DNA of 44,478 nucleotides from Bradyrhizobiaceae bacterium (GTDB lineage: Bacteria > Pseudomonadota > Alphaproteobacteria > Rhizobiales > Hyphomicrobiaceae): contig CANJPN010000001.1 in assembly GCA_947475855.1 (NCBI GenBank), forward strand, positions 1-44,478, read 5' to 3'. The notes below the pieces were generated by a model that saw nothing but the letters and a program-made list of their open reading frames with translations, was not told the origin of the DNA and did no database searches. Of the stretch, positions 1-10,095 are shown in pieces (the first letter of the stretch is position 1; each line of letters starts with the position of its first letter). A program made the position numbers and the translations under genes.

Positions 1-54
1 CAATCCCGATCGCGGCCCCGTCTCGATCGTCTCGACCCGGCTGCGCTCGAATTT

Positions 55-118
55 CTAGAGCCGTTTCGGACAGTAGCGACCGCAGGTGCGGTCGCATGAG
101 CGGACGAAACTGCTCTAG
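55..118. repeat. Nested inverted repeat: outer 14-nt arms enclose a perfect inner palindrome at 76-95
   Basis: The arm ctagagccgtttcg (55-68) matches the reverse complement of cgaaactgctctag (105-118) at 13 of 14 positions. The inner gcgaccgca-gg-tgcggtcgc (76-95) has exact 9-bp arms. The element is non-coding and lies upstream of kdsA. Confidence 0.5.
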
Positions 119-273
119 CCTATAGAATCTAGCGCATCTTCATCCGACCAGAGAATCGCGAAAGACGATTCCGTCTGGTGAGATGATGCTCTGGCGACTC
201 CCCTTCTCATGGACGCCAGACGTGCGCCAACTGGCCCCTCGTTTTGGCTCTTGGCACCCGCTATAAGCCTGCC

Positions 274-1128
274 ATGAACAAAAACGACTCCACCACGCCC
301 AATCCGCGCGTCATCATCGGCGGCATCACCTTCGCCAACGATGCACCCATCGCGCTGTTCGCCGGTCCCTGCCAGATGGAGAGCAGCGCCCACGCGCTCG
401 AAATGGCCGCTGCTCTCAAAGAGATCAGCGCCAAGCTCGGCATCGGCCTCGTCTACAAGACCTCGTTCGACAAGGCCAACCGCACGAGCCTCACCGGCAA
501 GCGCGGCATGGGCCTCGACGCCTCGCTAGAAGTGTTCGCGGAAGTTCGCGAGAAGTTCGGGCTCGCCACTCTGACCGACGTGCACACCGAAGAGCAGTGC
601 GCGATCGTCGCCCCCGTCGTCGACGTCCTGCAGATCCCGGCGTTTCTCTGTCGCCAGACGGATCTACTGGTCGCCGCCGCGAAAACCGGCCGCGTCGTCA
701 AGATCAAGAAGGGGCAATTTCTCGCCCCCTGGGACATGAAGAACGTGGTCGCCAAGGTGACCGCCTCGGGCAACCGCAACGTGCTCGTGACCGAGCGCGG
801 CGCCAGCTTCGGCTACAACACGCTCGTCTCCGACATGCGGGCGTTGCCGATCATGGCGGAGACGGGCGTGCCCGTGATCTTCGATGCGACCCACAGCGTG
901 CAACAACCCGGCGGTCAAGGCACGTCCTCAGGTGGCGACCGCCGCTTCGTGCCCGTACTGGCGCGAGCGGCAGTCGCGGTCGGCGTTGCCGGCCTCTTCA
1001 TCGAGACCCACGAGGATCCCGACAACGCTCCTTCCGACGGCCCCAACATGGTGCCACTGAAGGACTTCGCATCCCTCGTCTCAGAACTGATGGCCATCGA
1101 CCGCGTCGTCAAGAAGACGTCACGGTAG
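274..1128 (+). CDS. kdsA: 3-deoxy-8-phosphooctulonate synthase (KDO-8-P synthase)
   Basis: ORF 244..1128 carries KdsA hallmarks: FAGPCQMES, LQIPAFLCRQTDLL, KKGQFLAPWDM, FDATHSVQQPGG and LFIETHEDPDNAPSDGPN. I chose the ATG at 274 (MNKNDS...) over the TTG at 244. Confidence 0.9.
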   Translation: MNKNDSTTPNPRVIIGGITFANDAPIALFAGPCQMESSAHALEMAAALKEISAKLGIGLVYKTSFDKANRTSLTGKRGMGLDASLEVFAEVREKFGLATLTDVHTEEQCAIVAPVVDVLQIPAFLCRQTDLLVAAAKTGRVVKIKKGQFLAPWDMKNVVAKVTASGNRNVLVTERGASFGYNTLVSDMRALPIMAETGVPVIFDATHSVQQPGGQGTSSGGDRRFVPVLARAAVAVGVAGLFIETHEDPDNAPSDGPNMVPLKDFASLVSELMAIDRVVKKTSR

Positions 1129-1260
1129 ACCAGGAGCGGCGCTCGATATCGATGCAGGTGCGTTCCGGCGCACGTGCAGAATATCGAACGACGAGGCGAT
1201 CAAGTCCGAGGGTCGGGTTGGAACGTCACGTCTGGAGATCGCGCTCGATCAGACGAGCGA

Positions 1261-1479
1261 TCAGGAGGTGCGCGCAGGCGCCTGGACGAACTTCATCCGC
1301 GCAGTTCCGTTGCCGCGCATCGCAACGGCAGCGCCGCAGTCCCTGGCCGAGCAGAACGACCCGTCCCACTTCAGCGGGGCGACATTCACCGCGGCATAGG
1401 CGGCAATGGTAGTGAAAAGGCTCAACGTCGTGGCACAAGCCATGACGCCTACGGAACGCATCACAAGTTCGCAACTCAT
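1261..1479 (-). CDS. Small hypothetical secreted protein (72 aa, signal-peptide-like N-terminus)
   Basis: This is an internal ATG of ORF 1261..1593, preceded by GAGGAAG about 5 nt upstream. The product reads MSCELVMRSVGVMACATTLSLFTTIAAYAA|VNVAPLKWDG..., that is, a hydrophobic h-region followed by an AxA-like site. I recognise no family. Confidence 0.4.
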   Translation of the reverse strand: MSCELVMRSVGVMACATTLSLFTTIAAYAAVNVAPLKWDGSFCSARDCGAAVAMRGNGTARMKFVQAPARTS

Positions 1480-1797
1480 GGGCACTTCCTCGCACGCACA
1501 CTGGGTTTCTTGACGAGTGCACCTGGTCGGCCAGTCGGCAGTTTTGGGAGAGTTTGGAGAGCTGGGAGCCGGTGCACGTTCACAATGCGGCAAGGTCGGT
1601 AAACAACCCGTTAAGGTTGCCAGGATGTAAACGCGCTACCACATAAAAATCGTCCTGCACCCGTTCGCCCCGGCCAAGGCGCTCCATTCTTCCACGGACG
1701 ATCTGCTCGGCTTCACAATCCGTTTCACTCCAATCGCAAGCCGCCACAACATCCATGTTTGAACGCGGCGTTTCTCGGCTGAAAGGATCGCACCACG

Positions 1798-3639
1798 ATG
1801 GGCAGCATCACACTGGAGCAGGCCGTCTGGCTGCTGGCCGCAGCCGCCATCGCCGCGCCGCTGGCAAAGATGCTGAAAATCGGCAGCGTGCTGGGCTATC
1901 TTCTCGCGGGCGTTCTCATCGGTCCGTTCGGCTTCGGTAAGATCTTCAGCGAGAATTCGGCCGAGAACCTGCTGCACATCGCGGAGTTCGGCGTGGTGTT
2001 GCTGCTCTTCCTGATCGGCCTGGAGCTTCGCCCCCGCCGACTGATGACCATGCGCACGGCGATCTTCGGCCTCGGGGGTGCGCAGGTCGCGCTCACCGGC
2101 GTCGTGATTTCCTTCATCGCGCTCGCGGTCGGCCAGCCCTTCCTGCCGGCGCTCTTCATCGGCCTCGTGTTGTCGCTTTCCTCCACTGCATTCGCGCTTC
2201 AGGTTCTCGAGGAGCGCGGCGAGTTGACGACGAAGCACGGCCGCCTCGCCTTCGCCGTTCTGCTGTTCCAGGATCTCGCCGCGATACCCTTGATCGCGTT
2301 GACCCCGGTGTTCGCGGTCGCCGTCGTGGGCAGCGCCGCCAAGATGGACATCATGGCCGCCCTGCAGGCACTGCTGACGATCGTCGCCGTCGTGGTCGTC
2401 GGCCGCTTCCTGATCGATCGGGTGCTTCGGGTGATCGCGCGCACGAAGGTTCGCGAGGCCATGACGGCGGCAGCCCTGCTCACTGTCGTCGGCGCTGCGC
2501 TGGTCATGACGAAAGCCGGACTGTCGCCTTCGCTGGGTGCATTCCTCGCCGGCGCGCTGCTGGCCGAGTCCTCCTACAGACATCAGCTCGAAGCCGATAT
2601 CCAGCCATTCGAAGGCCTGCTGCTGGGCATGTTCTTCACCGCCGTCGGCATGTCGCTCAATCTCGAATTGATCCTGACCGAGCCACGCATGATCGTCGTC
2701 ATCGTACTCCTGCTGGTCGCCACCAAGATCGCCGTGCTCTACGGGCTCGGCCTGTGGCAGGGCCTGGAGTCCTGGGCCGCGCGCCGGATGGCGATCTCGA
2801 TCAGCCAGGGCGGAGAGTTCGCGTTCGTGCTGCTGGCAGCCGGCGTCGCTGCGGGCGTCATGACCCGTCACGTCAGCGAACCCCTGGAAGTCGCCGTGAC
2901 CCTGTCGATGGCTTTGACCCCGCTCCTCCTGATGATCGACGACACCTTCTCCCGACGACGCTCGCTTGCGCCCGCGTTCGTCGCACCGCCGCCCGAAGAA
3001 GCTCACGTGATCATCGCCGGTTTCGGCCGCGTCGGGCAGATCACTGCGCGAGTTTTGCGCGGCAAGCGCATTGCGTTTACCGCCCTCGACATAAATCCCG
3101 AGCAGATCGCGTTGGTCGAACGTTTCGGCTCGAAGGCCTTTTTCGGCGACGCTAGCCGTCTCGATATCCTGGAAGCCGCCCAGGCCGGCAAGGCCAAGGC
3201 CCTCATGCTGGCGATCGACGACGTCGAGGCATCGCTGCGCACCGCGCGGATCGTACGCGAGCATTTCCCCGCGCTCCCAATCTACGCGCGAGCGCGCAAC
3301 CGCAATCACGTGCATCAGTTGATGAATCTCGGCGTGAAGGTTATCCGCCGCGAGACGTTCCTGTCCGCGCTCGATCTCACGCGCGAAGTGCTCCGTGGCA
3401 TCGGCATGCCCGAACCCGAGGTGCGTTCGACAGTCGAGACATTCGCCCGCCACGACGAACGACGGCTGACCGAGCACTACAAGTTCTACACCGACGATGA
3501 AAAGATGATGGAGCTCGCCCGCAGCGACGCGGACACGTTAGCCAAGCTGTTCGCCGAAGATCAGGCGGCCGAGGCCTTGGCTGCTGCGGCGGCACCTGCC
3601 GAGACTGCGGGTCCCAGAAAAGCGAAGGCACGCTCCTGA
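1798..3639 (+). CDS. kefB: CPA2-family monovalent cation:proton antiporter with C-terminal RCK/TrkA-N domain (KefB/KefC-like K+ efflux protein)
   Basis: The 613-aa product has a polytopic membrane N-terminal half (GSVLGYLLAGVLIGPFGFG...) followed by a Rossmann motif (HVIIAGFGRVGQITARVL). The antisense 613-aa ORF 1636..3477 is compositional noise. Confidence 0.88.
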   Translation: MGSITLEQAVWLLAAAAIAAPLAKMLKIGSVLGYLLAGVLIGPFGFGKIFSENSAENLLHIAEFGVVLLLFLIGLELRPRRLMTMRTAIFGLGGAQVALTGVVISFIALAVGQPFLPALFIGLVLSLSSTAFALQVLEERGELTTKHGRLAFAVLLFQDLAAIPLIALTPVFAVAVVGSAAKMDIMAALQALLTIVAVVVVGRFLIDRVLRVIARTKVREAMTAAALLTVVGAALVMTKAGLSPSLGAFLAGALLAESSYRHQLEADIQPFEGLLLGMFFTAVGMSLNLELILTEPRMIVVIVLLLVATKIAVLYGLGLWQGLESWAARRMAISISQGGEFAFVLLAAGVAAGVMTRHVSEPLEVAVTLSMALTPLLLMIDDTFSRRRSLAPAFVAPPPEEAHVIIAGFGRVGQITARVLRGKRIAFTALDINPEQIALVERFGSKAFFGDASRLDILEAAQAGKAKALMLAIDDVEASLRTARIVREHFPALPIYARARNRNHVHQLMNLGVKVIRRETFLSALDLTREVLRGIGMPEPEVRSTVETFARHDERRLTEHYKFYTDDEKMMELARSDADTLAKLFAEDQAAEALAAAAAPAETAGPRKAKARS

Positions 3640-3954
3640 TTCCGTCGACCCGAATTCAACGCCTGCCCGCAGCCACGGGGCGATGAAGCCAGCGAACAGC
3701 CTGTATTCCAGCAACCAGCCCGCGCAACCTTCCAGTTGTACGCAAATCTACTGTGTCTCACATCGTATGGCCGGGCACGGCCCTTACGGCTCCCTCCGTG
3801 CTTTTTCGCTCATAATTCGCCGACGGCCCCGCGCCCGACTTGTTGTTGTCGAAGTCCTCCGAAAGGTTGGCCGCAGTTGACATGAACGCCGTCTGACGGC
3901 CACTTGGCCGCGAGATGCCCGGCTGCAAGCGCGCCGGGCCTGGAGCAACGAGAG

Positions 3955-4869
3955 ATGAAGCGCATCATTTGCGTGGGACATGCCGCGATCGACCGGATCT
4001 ACCGGATCGACGAGTTCCCCGCGAAGCCGACCAAGATCCGCGCCCTGGAGCACCTCGAAGCCGGCGGCGGCATGGCAGCCAACGCCGCGGCTGCGATCGC
4101 GCGCCTGGGCGGCACGGTCGAGTTGTGGAGCCGGGTCGGTGACGATGACAACGGCGTCAAGATCCGCCGCAGCCTGACCGCGGCCGGCGTCGACACCCGC
4201 TACATCCAAGCCTTCGAGGACAACCGCTCCTCCACCTCCGTGATCCTGGTCGACAGCCGCGGCGAGCGGATGATCGTGGGCTCCCGCGACGTCAACATGC
4301 CCTCCGCCACCCAGTGGCTGCCGCTCGAACGCATCGACGAAGCAGGTGCCGTGCTGTCAGATCTACGTTGGCTCGAGGCCACCCGAGCCGCGTTCACCGC
4401 CGCGCGGAGAGCCGGCGTGCCGACAGTACTCGACGCAGATCTCGGCGGCCGCGAGGCACTGTCCGAATTGCTGGCACTCACCGACTACGCCATCTTTTCC
4501 GAGCACGCGCTGGAAGAGTTCGCGGCCGAGGAAGCGGTCGAAGATCGCCTGCGCCGCGTGGCGTCCCTCGGCCCCAAGCACGCCGGCGTCACGCTCGGCG
4601 CGAACGGCTATGTCTGGCTCGAAGGCGGCGCCCTGGAGAGCTTCCCGGCGTTCGACGTCGATGTGGTCGACACGACCGGCGCCGGCGATGCCTTCCACGG
4701 CGCGTTCACCGTCGGTGTCGCGGAACAACGCCAGACCCGCGAAATCGTACGCCGCGCCTCGGCCACCGCCGCACTCAAATGCACGCGACTTGGAAGCCGC
4801 GCCGGCTTACCATCGGTCGACGAACTCGCCACGTTCCTGCTCAAGCATCCGATCGCCCGCAAGGCGTGA
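3955..4869 (+). CDS. PfkB/ribokinase-family sugar kinase
   Basis: The product starts MKRIICVGHAAIDRIY and has GGGMAANAA and the C-terminal DTTGAGDAFHGAF anion-hole/ATP motif typical of PfkB kinases. I used the ATG at 3955, inside ORF 3904..4869. Confidence 0.85.
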   Translation: MKRIICVGHAAIDRIYRIDEFPAKPTKIRALEHLEAGGGMAANAAAAIARLGGTVELWSRVGDDDNGVKIRRSLTAAGVDTRYIQAFEDNRSSTSVILVDSRGERMIVGSRDVNMPSATQWLPLERIDEAGAVLSDLRWLEATRAAFTAARRAGVPTVLDADLGGREALSELLALTDYAIFSEHALEEFAAEEAVEDRLRRVASLGPKHAGVTLGANGYVWLEGGALESFPAFDVDVVDTTGAGDAFHGAFTVGVAEQRQTREIVRRASATAALKCTRLGSRAGLPSVDELATFLLKHPIARKA

Positions 4870-4934
4870 GGGAGACATTTCAGGCGGCTAATCTCCGTCG
4901 CCCGTCCACAAACAAGTCTTGCCCGGAGGAAACC

Positions 4935-5903
4935 ATGCATCTGGCGCTCGAGATGATGCGCGCGGCGATCTTTGGCGCCGCGTTGATCGCGACATCGGCA
5001 CACGCACAGACCTATCCCGAACGACCGATCCGGCTGCTGATCGGCTTCGCCCCTGGCTCCTCGGCGGACGTCGCGGCGCGTATCGTCGCAGACCAGATGA
5101 CGAAAAGCCTCGGCCAACCCGTCGTGGTCGAGGTTCGCGCGGGCGCGTCGAGCAATATCGCGGCCGAAGCTGCCGCGAAGGCCGAGCCCGATGGCTACAC
5201 GCTGTTCCTCGGCTCGGTCGCCAACATCATCAGTCGCGGCATGAAGCAGGCCGGCTCGCTGGACATGGGCAAGGATCTGAAAGCCGTGGGCCTCATCTGC
5301 GCAGTGCCCAACATCCTCGTCGTCAACCCCACCGTCAAAGCAACCACGGTCAAGGAGCTGATCGCCGTCGCCAAAGCCGAACCCGGAAAACTCAACTACG
5401 GCTCGCCCGGTCCCGGCACCATTCCGCATCTGTCGGGCGAACTGTTCAACGTGATGGCCGGCGTCTCGATGGTGCACGTACCCTACAAGGGTACCGCACA
5501 GGCCGCACAAGACGTTGTCGGCGGCACGCTGCAGGTGATGTTCGCGCCGTCCTCCACCGTGCTCGGTCTGATCGAGGGCAAACAACTCCGCGCACTGGGT
5601 TGGACGATCACGACGCGCGGCCCCTCGCTGCCCGATCTGCCGACGGTCGCAGAAGCGGGCTTGCCGGATTTCGACACTTCGATCTGGTTCGGGCTCAACG
5701 CGCCGCCCGCCACGCCCGACGCCATCACGGTGAAGCTCGGCGCATCGATCGTCGCAGCGGTAAAAAGCGATACCGTCGCGAAAGCCTTCCGCGCGCAAGG
5801 CATAGAGCCTCTTTCGGGCGGCCCTGTCGAGTACGCCGCGTATATTGCCACCGAAACGACCAAGTGGAACGAGATCGTCGTCAAGGCGGGGTTGGTGAAA
5901 TAG
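4935..5903 (+). CDS. Bug-family (TctC-like) tripartite tricarboxylate transporter substrate-binding protein
   Basis: The product has a signal peptide (MHLALEMMRAAIFGAALIATSAHAQ), then YPERPIRLLIGFAPGSSADV, and later YGSPGPGTIPHL and VHVPYKGTAQA. The upstream part of ORF 4314..5903 is an Arg-rich artefact. Confidence 0.9.
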   Translation: MHLALEMMRAAIFGAALIATSAHAQTYPERPIRLLIGFAPGSSADVAARIVADQMTKSLGQPVVVEVRAGASSNIAAEAAAKAEPDGYTLFLGSVANIISRGMKQAGSLDMGKDLKAVGLICAVPNILVVNPTVKATTVKELIAVAKAEPGKLNYGSPGPGTIPHLSGELFNVMAGVSMVHVPYKGTAQAAQDVVGGTLQVMFAPSSTVLGLIEGKQLRALGWTITTRGPSLPDLPTVAEAGLPDFDTSIWFGLNAPPATPDAITVKLGASIVAAVKSDTVAKAFRAQGIEPLSGGPVEYAAYIATETTKWNEIVVKAGLVK

Positions 5904-5937
5904 CGGATCGTTTAAACTGTTCGCTGCAATCCGACGA

Positions 5938-6297
5938 ATGATGCGAAGGCGGCATCTGCGCCCGTTGCTCGCGGTGCTCCCGTGGGAACTGCAGATGTCG
6001 TTTGGCGGAACGCGCGTCTACACCTACGGCCAAGTCCGACGCTGCCATGAAAAACTGAAGCTGAAGCCCGATCTGCTCGCCTTCGCCGCCGCAGCCTACT
6101 GCTCCGAAGAGGAGTTTACGCGAAGCGCCCAAGCCAACTCCACCGAAATCTTTGCCCGACTGCGATCTGAACTATGCGAATTGTTCAACCTCGACTCGCG
6201 TGACCTCAACGCCGAGCGCGTGAGGAGCATGCCCATCAAGCAGGCGTGGAACCCTTCGGCCTTCGAGCATTCTCCTCCGCCAGATAATCCACACTGA
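5938..6297 (+). CDS. Hypothetical protein (orphan; the start may instead be the ATG at 5995)
   Basis: The only support is an open frame in a visibly less GC-rich patch with protein-like, helical-looking composition. I recognise no motif. Confidence 0.3.
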   Translation: MMRRRHLRPLLAVLPWELQMSFGGTRVYTYGQVRRCHEKLKLKPDLLAFAAAAYCSEEEFTRSAQANSTEIFARLRSELCELFNLDSRDLNAERVRSMPIKQAWNPSAFEHSPPPDNPH

Positions 6298-6483
6298 CGC
6301 ACGGCCCCACAGGGAGAAATCAGCGATTGTCTGGCGGACTTCCCGTCAGTGGAGCGTGGGCGCTGTACATTGCCATCACCGCGCTGCCGTTCAAGAAAAT
6401 CAATGGCGCGCCCGCACAGCACCGAGGCAGTAGAGCAAGCACGCTAGTCGCGCCGTAGGCGCTGCGTGCCTTTCCCGCTGCTC

Positions 6484-7194
6484 CTATTGGGCTTTTTTCC
6501 GGGACCGCTTATCCCGGCCCTGTTTGGCACGTCTGTCCTTCTGCTTCTCTCGCTTCAAAGAAGCGCTTTCGCGCGTTTGAATGGCCGCGCTTGGTGCCGG
6601 AGCATTCTGCTCCATGACGGCATCGAACTTGCGGCTCAGCAGCCATGACAGACCAAGGAACACCAACAGCATGACGAAGCCTAGCGAAGAGCTGGCGTCA
6701 CTCATGATTTTTCCCGACACCTGGCCGAAGGCATAGCCGGTTGAAACAAGCGCCACGGCCCAGATGCCGGACGCAACGACATTGAGCAGCAGAAACACGC
6801 TCCACGGCAGCGAGGAGATCCCATAGGCTATGGCCGCAATGCCCCTGATTCCGTGCGGATAGCGATGCAGCAAAATCATCCAGACGTAGTGGCGTTCGCT
6901 GAGCAATGCTGCCTTGGTCACCGCGCCTTCAATTCGTGGATAGCGCTTGAGCAAGCGCGGGCCAAACTGCCTGCCGATCCAGAACCGGAACACATCGCCC
7001 AGGAAGCTACCGAGCCAGCAGACCGCGATCGCCGTGCCGAATTGGAGCACACCGGAGTGGGAAGCGTAGCCGGCAAAGAGCGTCAGCAGCAGTGAATGCG
7101 ACGAGGCCCAGGTGAAGATCAGGCTATAGGCGATTTCACCATTCTGCCGAATGATTTCAAGGAAGGACGCCAGATCAGTCGGGAATAGGATCAT
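6484..7194 (-). CDS. DedA/VTT-domain family membrane protein with highly basic C-terminal tail
   Basis: The product has DedA-like motifs (GSFLGDVFRFWIGRQFG and RYPHGIRGIAAIAYGIS) and several TM segments. It ends in REKQKDRRAKQGRDKRSRKKAQ. Confidence 0.8.
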   Translation of the reverse strand: MILFPTDLASFLEIIRQNGEIAYSLIFTWASSHSLLLTLFAGYASHSGVLQFGTAIAVCWLGSFLGDVFRFWIGRQFGPRLLKRYPRIEGAVTKAALLSERHYVWMILLHRYPHGIRGIAAIAYGISSLPWSVFLLLNVVASGIWAVALVSTGYAFGQVSGKIMSDASSSLGFVMLLVFLGLSWLLSRKFDAVMEQNAPAPSAAIQTRESASLKREKQKDRRAKQGRDKRSRKKAQ

Positions 7195-7458
7195 GCGGAT
7201 GTTTCATGTTGGAGGGGCCCATCTGAGAGCGACCTTATCATTGCTGCGAGCGCAGCTTTATCCGGCTGAGAGACTAAGGCAATCGCGTCGGCGCCTGTCC
7301 GCTCATCCGGAACTCGCGGTTGCGCGCCCCCCATCCGCTGTCCCGCCTCGACTTTGCGCCCTCCGATGAGCCACTTGACGACCGGCAGGCGCGTTCGGCC
7401 GTGGATACCTCACCGCCGCTTGTTGGCCTTCGAGACGCGGCCCCTGTAAACTGCCACC

Positions 7459-9576
7459 ATGCGTCCCGATGTCCTCACCCCGCTCTATGCTTCCGCCCTT
7501 GGTCTCACGGGGGTTGGACCGCGCGTGCTCGGCTTCCTGAAGAAGGCGCTGCGGATGCCGCCGGGCGTCGCCGATCCGCGTGTGATCGATCTCGTGTGGC
7601 ATACGCCGACGGGCGTCATCGACCGCCGCGCGGAGCCGACCGTGGCCGGCGCGGTTGCGGGGACGATCGCGACGTTCAAGGTGCGCGTGCTGAAGCACCG
7701 GCCGTCGCCACGCGGCAACAAGAAAGCCCCCTACAAGGTCCAATGCGAAGACGACACGGGCCGCATAGACCTCATTTTCTTCCACATGGAACGTGCTTTC
7801 ATCGAACGCCAGTTGCCCGAAGGCGAGGAGCGCTACGTCTCCGGCCGCGTCGACCGCTATGGCGAAACGGCGCAGATGGTCCATCCCGACTACATCGTGA
7901 CGCCGGAGTCGCGCGCCGATCTGCCATCGCTGGAAACCGTCTATCCTCTGACCGCGGGCCTCTCGGGCAAAATCCTCCACAAGCTCGTGCGCCAGGCCGT
8001 GGCGACGGTGCCCGATCTTCCGGAATGGCAGAACCCGACCGTCCTCACCCAGAAGGGCTGGCCGCCGTTTCACGACGCGATCTCGGCACTGCATCGCCCG
8101 ATGGACCCCGCGGACATCTCGACCGGCGGCCCGGCGTGGCAGCGGCTCGCCTATGACGAACTGCTGGCAGGCCAGCTGGCCCTCGCCCTCGTGCGTCAGA
8201 GCGCCAAAGCCCAGCGCGGCCGCAGCATCAAGGGCGACGGCAGCATCCGAGCGAAACTGAAAGCGGCGTTGCCGTTCACTCTTACCGGCAGTCAGGTCTC
8301 CGCGCTCGCCGAGATCGAGCAGGACATGGCGAGCGAATACCGCATGCTCCGGCTGCTGCAAGGCGACGTCGGGTCTGGCAAGACAGCCGTCGCACTCATG
8401 GCGATGGCAAGCGCCGTCGAGACAGGCGCGCAGGCAGCGCTGATGGCACCGACCGAAGTGCTCGCCCGCCAGCACGCCGAAACGATCCTGCCGCTTGCCG
8501 AGAAAGCCGGCCTGCGCATCGGCCTGCTTACCGGCCGCGAAAAGGGCCGGCCTCGGCGCGAGGTTCTGGAGCGGCTGGCAAGCGGCGAGATCGACATCCT
8601 CATCGGCACCCACGCGGTGTTCCAGCCAGACGTGCACTTCAAGGATCTCGCATTCGCCGTCATCGACGAGCAGCATCGCTTCGGCGTCCACCAGCGGCTC
8701 GCCTTACAGTCGAAGGGCGGCAGCGGCGGCGCGAACGTCCTGGTGATGACCGCAACGCCGATCCCGCGGACGCTGCTGATGACGCACTATGGCGATCTCG
8801 ACGTGTCGCGCCTGACCGAGAAGCCCGCCGGCCGCAAGCCGATCAAGACCACGATGCCCGCCGAAGGCCGTATCGAGGACGTCGTAGACGGCCTGCGCCG
8901 CATGCTCGCGCAAGGCGCGCAGATCTATTGGGTTTGCCCGTTGATCGAAAGCTCCGATGTCTCGGAGCTGGCCGCCGCCGAAGAGCGCCACGCCTGGCTC
9001 GCGCAGACCTTCGGCTCGGACAAGGTCGGCTTGCTGCACGGCGCGATGAAGTCCGCCGACAAAGACGCTGTCATGGCCGCGTTCTCGGCCGACCACCTGA
9101 AGGTGCTGGTATCGACGACCGTGATCGAGGTTGGCGTCAACGTGCCCAACGCCACTGTCATGGTGATCGAGCAGGCCGAGCGCTTCGGCCTCGCGCAACT
9201 GCATCAGTTGCGCGGACGTGTGGGCCGTGGCGACCGGCAGTCGTACTGCCTGCTGCTGCATGCCGAACCGCTCGGCGTCACCGCACGGCAGCGCCTAGAG
9301 ATGATGTGCGCGACCGAAGACGGCTTCCTGATCGCGGAGAAGGATCTCGAGCTGCGAGGTGGCGGTGAGCTGATGGGTGCAAGGCAAAGCGGTATGCCGG
9401 AATTCCGCGTCGCGGGCGTGCCGGGGTTCGAGGAACTTCTGGCCGTTGCCCGCGACGATGCGAGCCTCGCGTTGAACCAGGACCCGCACCTCATGAGCCC
9501 GCGCGGCCAGGCCCTGCGCACGCTTCTCTATCTCTTCGAATGCGACGAAGCCGTGCGACTGTTCCGTGCGGCGTGA
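7459..9576 (+). CDS. recG: ATP-dependent DNA helicase RecG
   Basis: The 705-aa product has a wedge/OB N-terminus and SF2 helicase motifs: GDVGSGKTAVA (Walker A), VIDEQHRFG (DEQH box), MTATPIPRT and QLHQLRGRVGRG. Confidence 0.95.
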   Translation: MRPDVLTPLYASALGLTGVGPRVLGFLKKALRMPPGVADPRVIDLVWHTPTGVIDRRAEPTVAGAVAGTIATFKVRVLKHRPSPRGNKKAPYKVQCEDDTGRIDLIFFHMERAFIERQLPEGEERYVSGRVDRYGETAQMVHPDYIVTPESRADLPSLETVYPLTAGLSGKILHKLVRQAVATVPDLPEWQNPTVLTQKGWPPFHDAISALHRPMDPADISTGGPAWQRLAYDELLAGQLALALVRQSAKAQRGRSIKGDGSIRAKLKAALPFTLTGSQVSALAEIEQDMASEYRMLRLLQGDVGSGKTAVALMAMASAVETGAQAALMAPTEVLARQHAETILPLAEKAGLRIGLLTGREKGRPRREVLERLASGEIDILIGTHAVFQPDVHFKDLAFAVIDEQHRFGVHQRLALQSKGGSGGANVLVMTATPIPRTLLMTHYGDLDVSRLTEKPAGRKPIKTTMPAEGRIEDVVDGLRRMLAQGAQIYWVCPLIESSDVSELAAAEERHAWLAQTFGSDKVGLLHGAMKSADKDAVMAAFSADHLKVLVSTTVIEVGVNVPNATVMVIEQAERFGLAQLHQLRGRVGRGDRQSYCLLLHAEPLGVTARQRLEMMCATEDGFLIAEKDLELRGGGELMGARQSGMPEFRVAGVPGFEELLAVARDDASLALNQDPHLMSPRGQALRTLLYLFECDEAVRLFRAA

Positions 9577-9637
9577 GGTACGGTGAACGCGCTCCGCGCG
9601 CTCCTCGATGTTACCCCGACCTCAGGGATGGTGAACC

Positions 9638-10087
9638 TTGCCCGCATTTCTCCCGCGTTCCGCCAAGATCCTGATCGTCTTCGCGCTTGTCGGCCCGCTG
9701 GTAGGTCTTGCGGTGTTTTCGCTCGGCATGGGGGTTTTCGCCGTCATCGATGGTCATGTCGACGGTATGTGGCTGTCGCCGTTCTTCATCCTATACGGAC
9801 TATTCTTCGCTCACTTTGTCGGGTTGCCGTGGGCGCTCGTTGCCGGCCTTTGCGCTTCCGTCATCGCCTCACGCATGACAGACCGCCGCCTCTGGATCGG
9901 AGCGATGAGTGGAGTTGTTTCGTTCGTATCCGCTGCTCTGATCAAAACGGTCCAGATCCCACTTGCGCCGGCGTATGCCGGTGGCGCTGGGGGCGATACC
10001 TTCACGTCGGGTATCGCCGCCGTCATGCTGCTCGTGCATGTCATCGCAGCAACCGCCTCCTGGCTCATCGCTCGCCGCTTCGCCTGA
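9638..10087 (+). CDS. Hypothetical integral membrane protein (about 4 TM segments, TTG start)
   Basis: The 149-aa ORF is hydrophobic and has periodic TM-like stretches. I recognise no family. Overlapping ORFs in other frames look like artefacts. Confidence 0.5.
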   Translation: MPAFLPRSAKILIVFALVGPLVGLAVFSLGMGVFAVIDGHVDGMWLSPFFILYGLFFAHFVGLPWALVAGLCASVIASRMTDRRLWIGAMSGVVSFVSAALIKTVQIPLAPAYAGGAGGDTFTSGIAAVMLLVHVIAATASWLIARRFA

Positions 10088-10095
10088 ACGGCCGG

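Noticed and set aside
1636-3477. A 613-aa minus-strand ORF opposite the KefB/C-like gene.
   Set aside because: It has the same length and span as the real antiporter gene but a charged, low-complexity composition with no TM segments or motifs. It is an antisense artefact.
7303-8691. A 462-aa minus-strand ORF overlapping recG.
   Set aside because: It is antisense to a gene with unambiguous helicase motifs, and its product is low-complexity.
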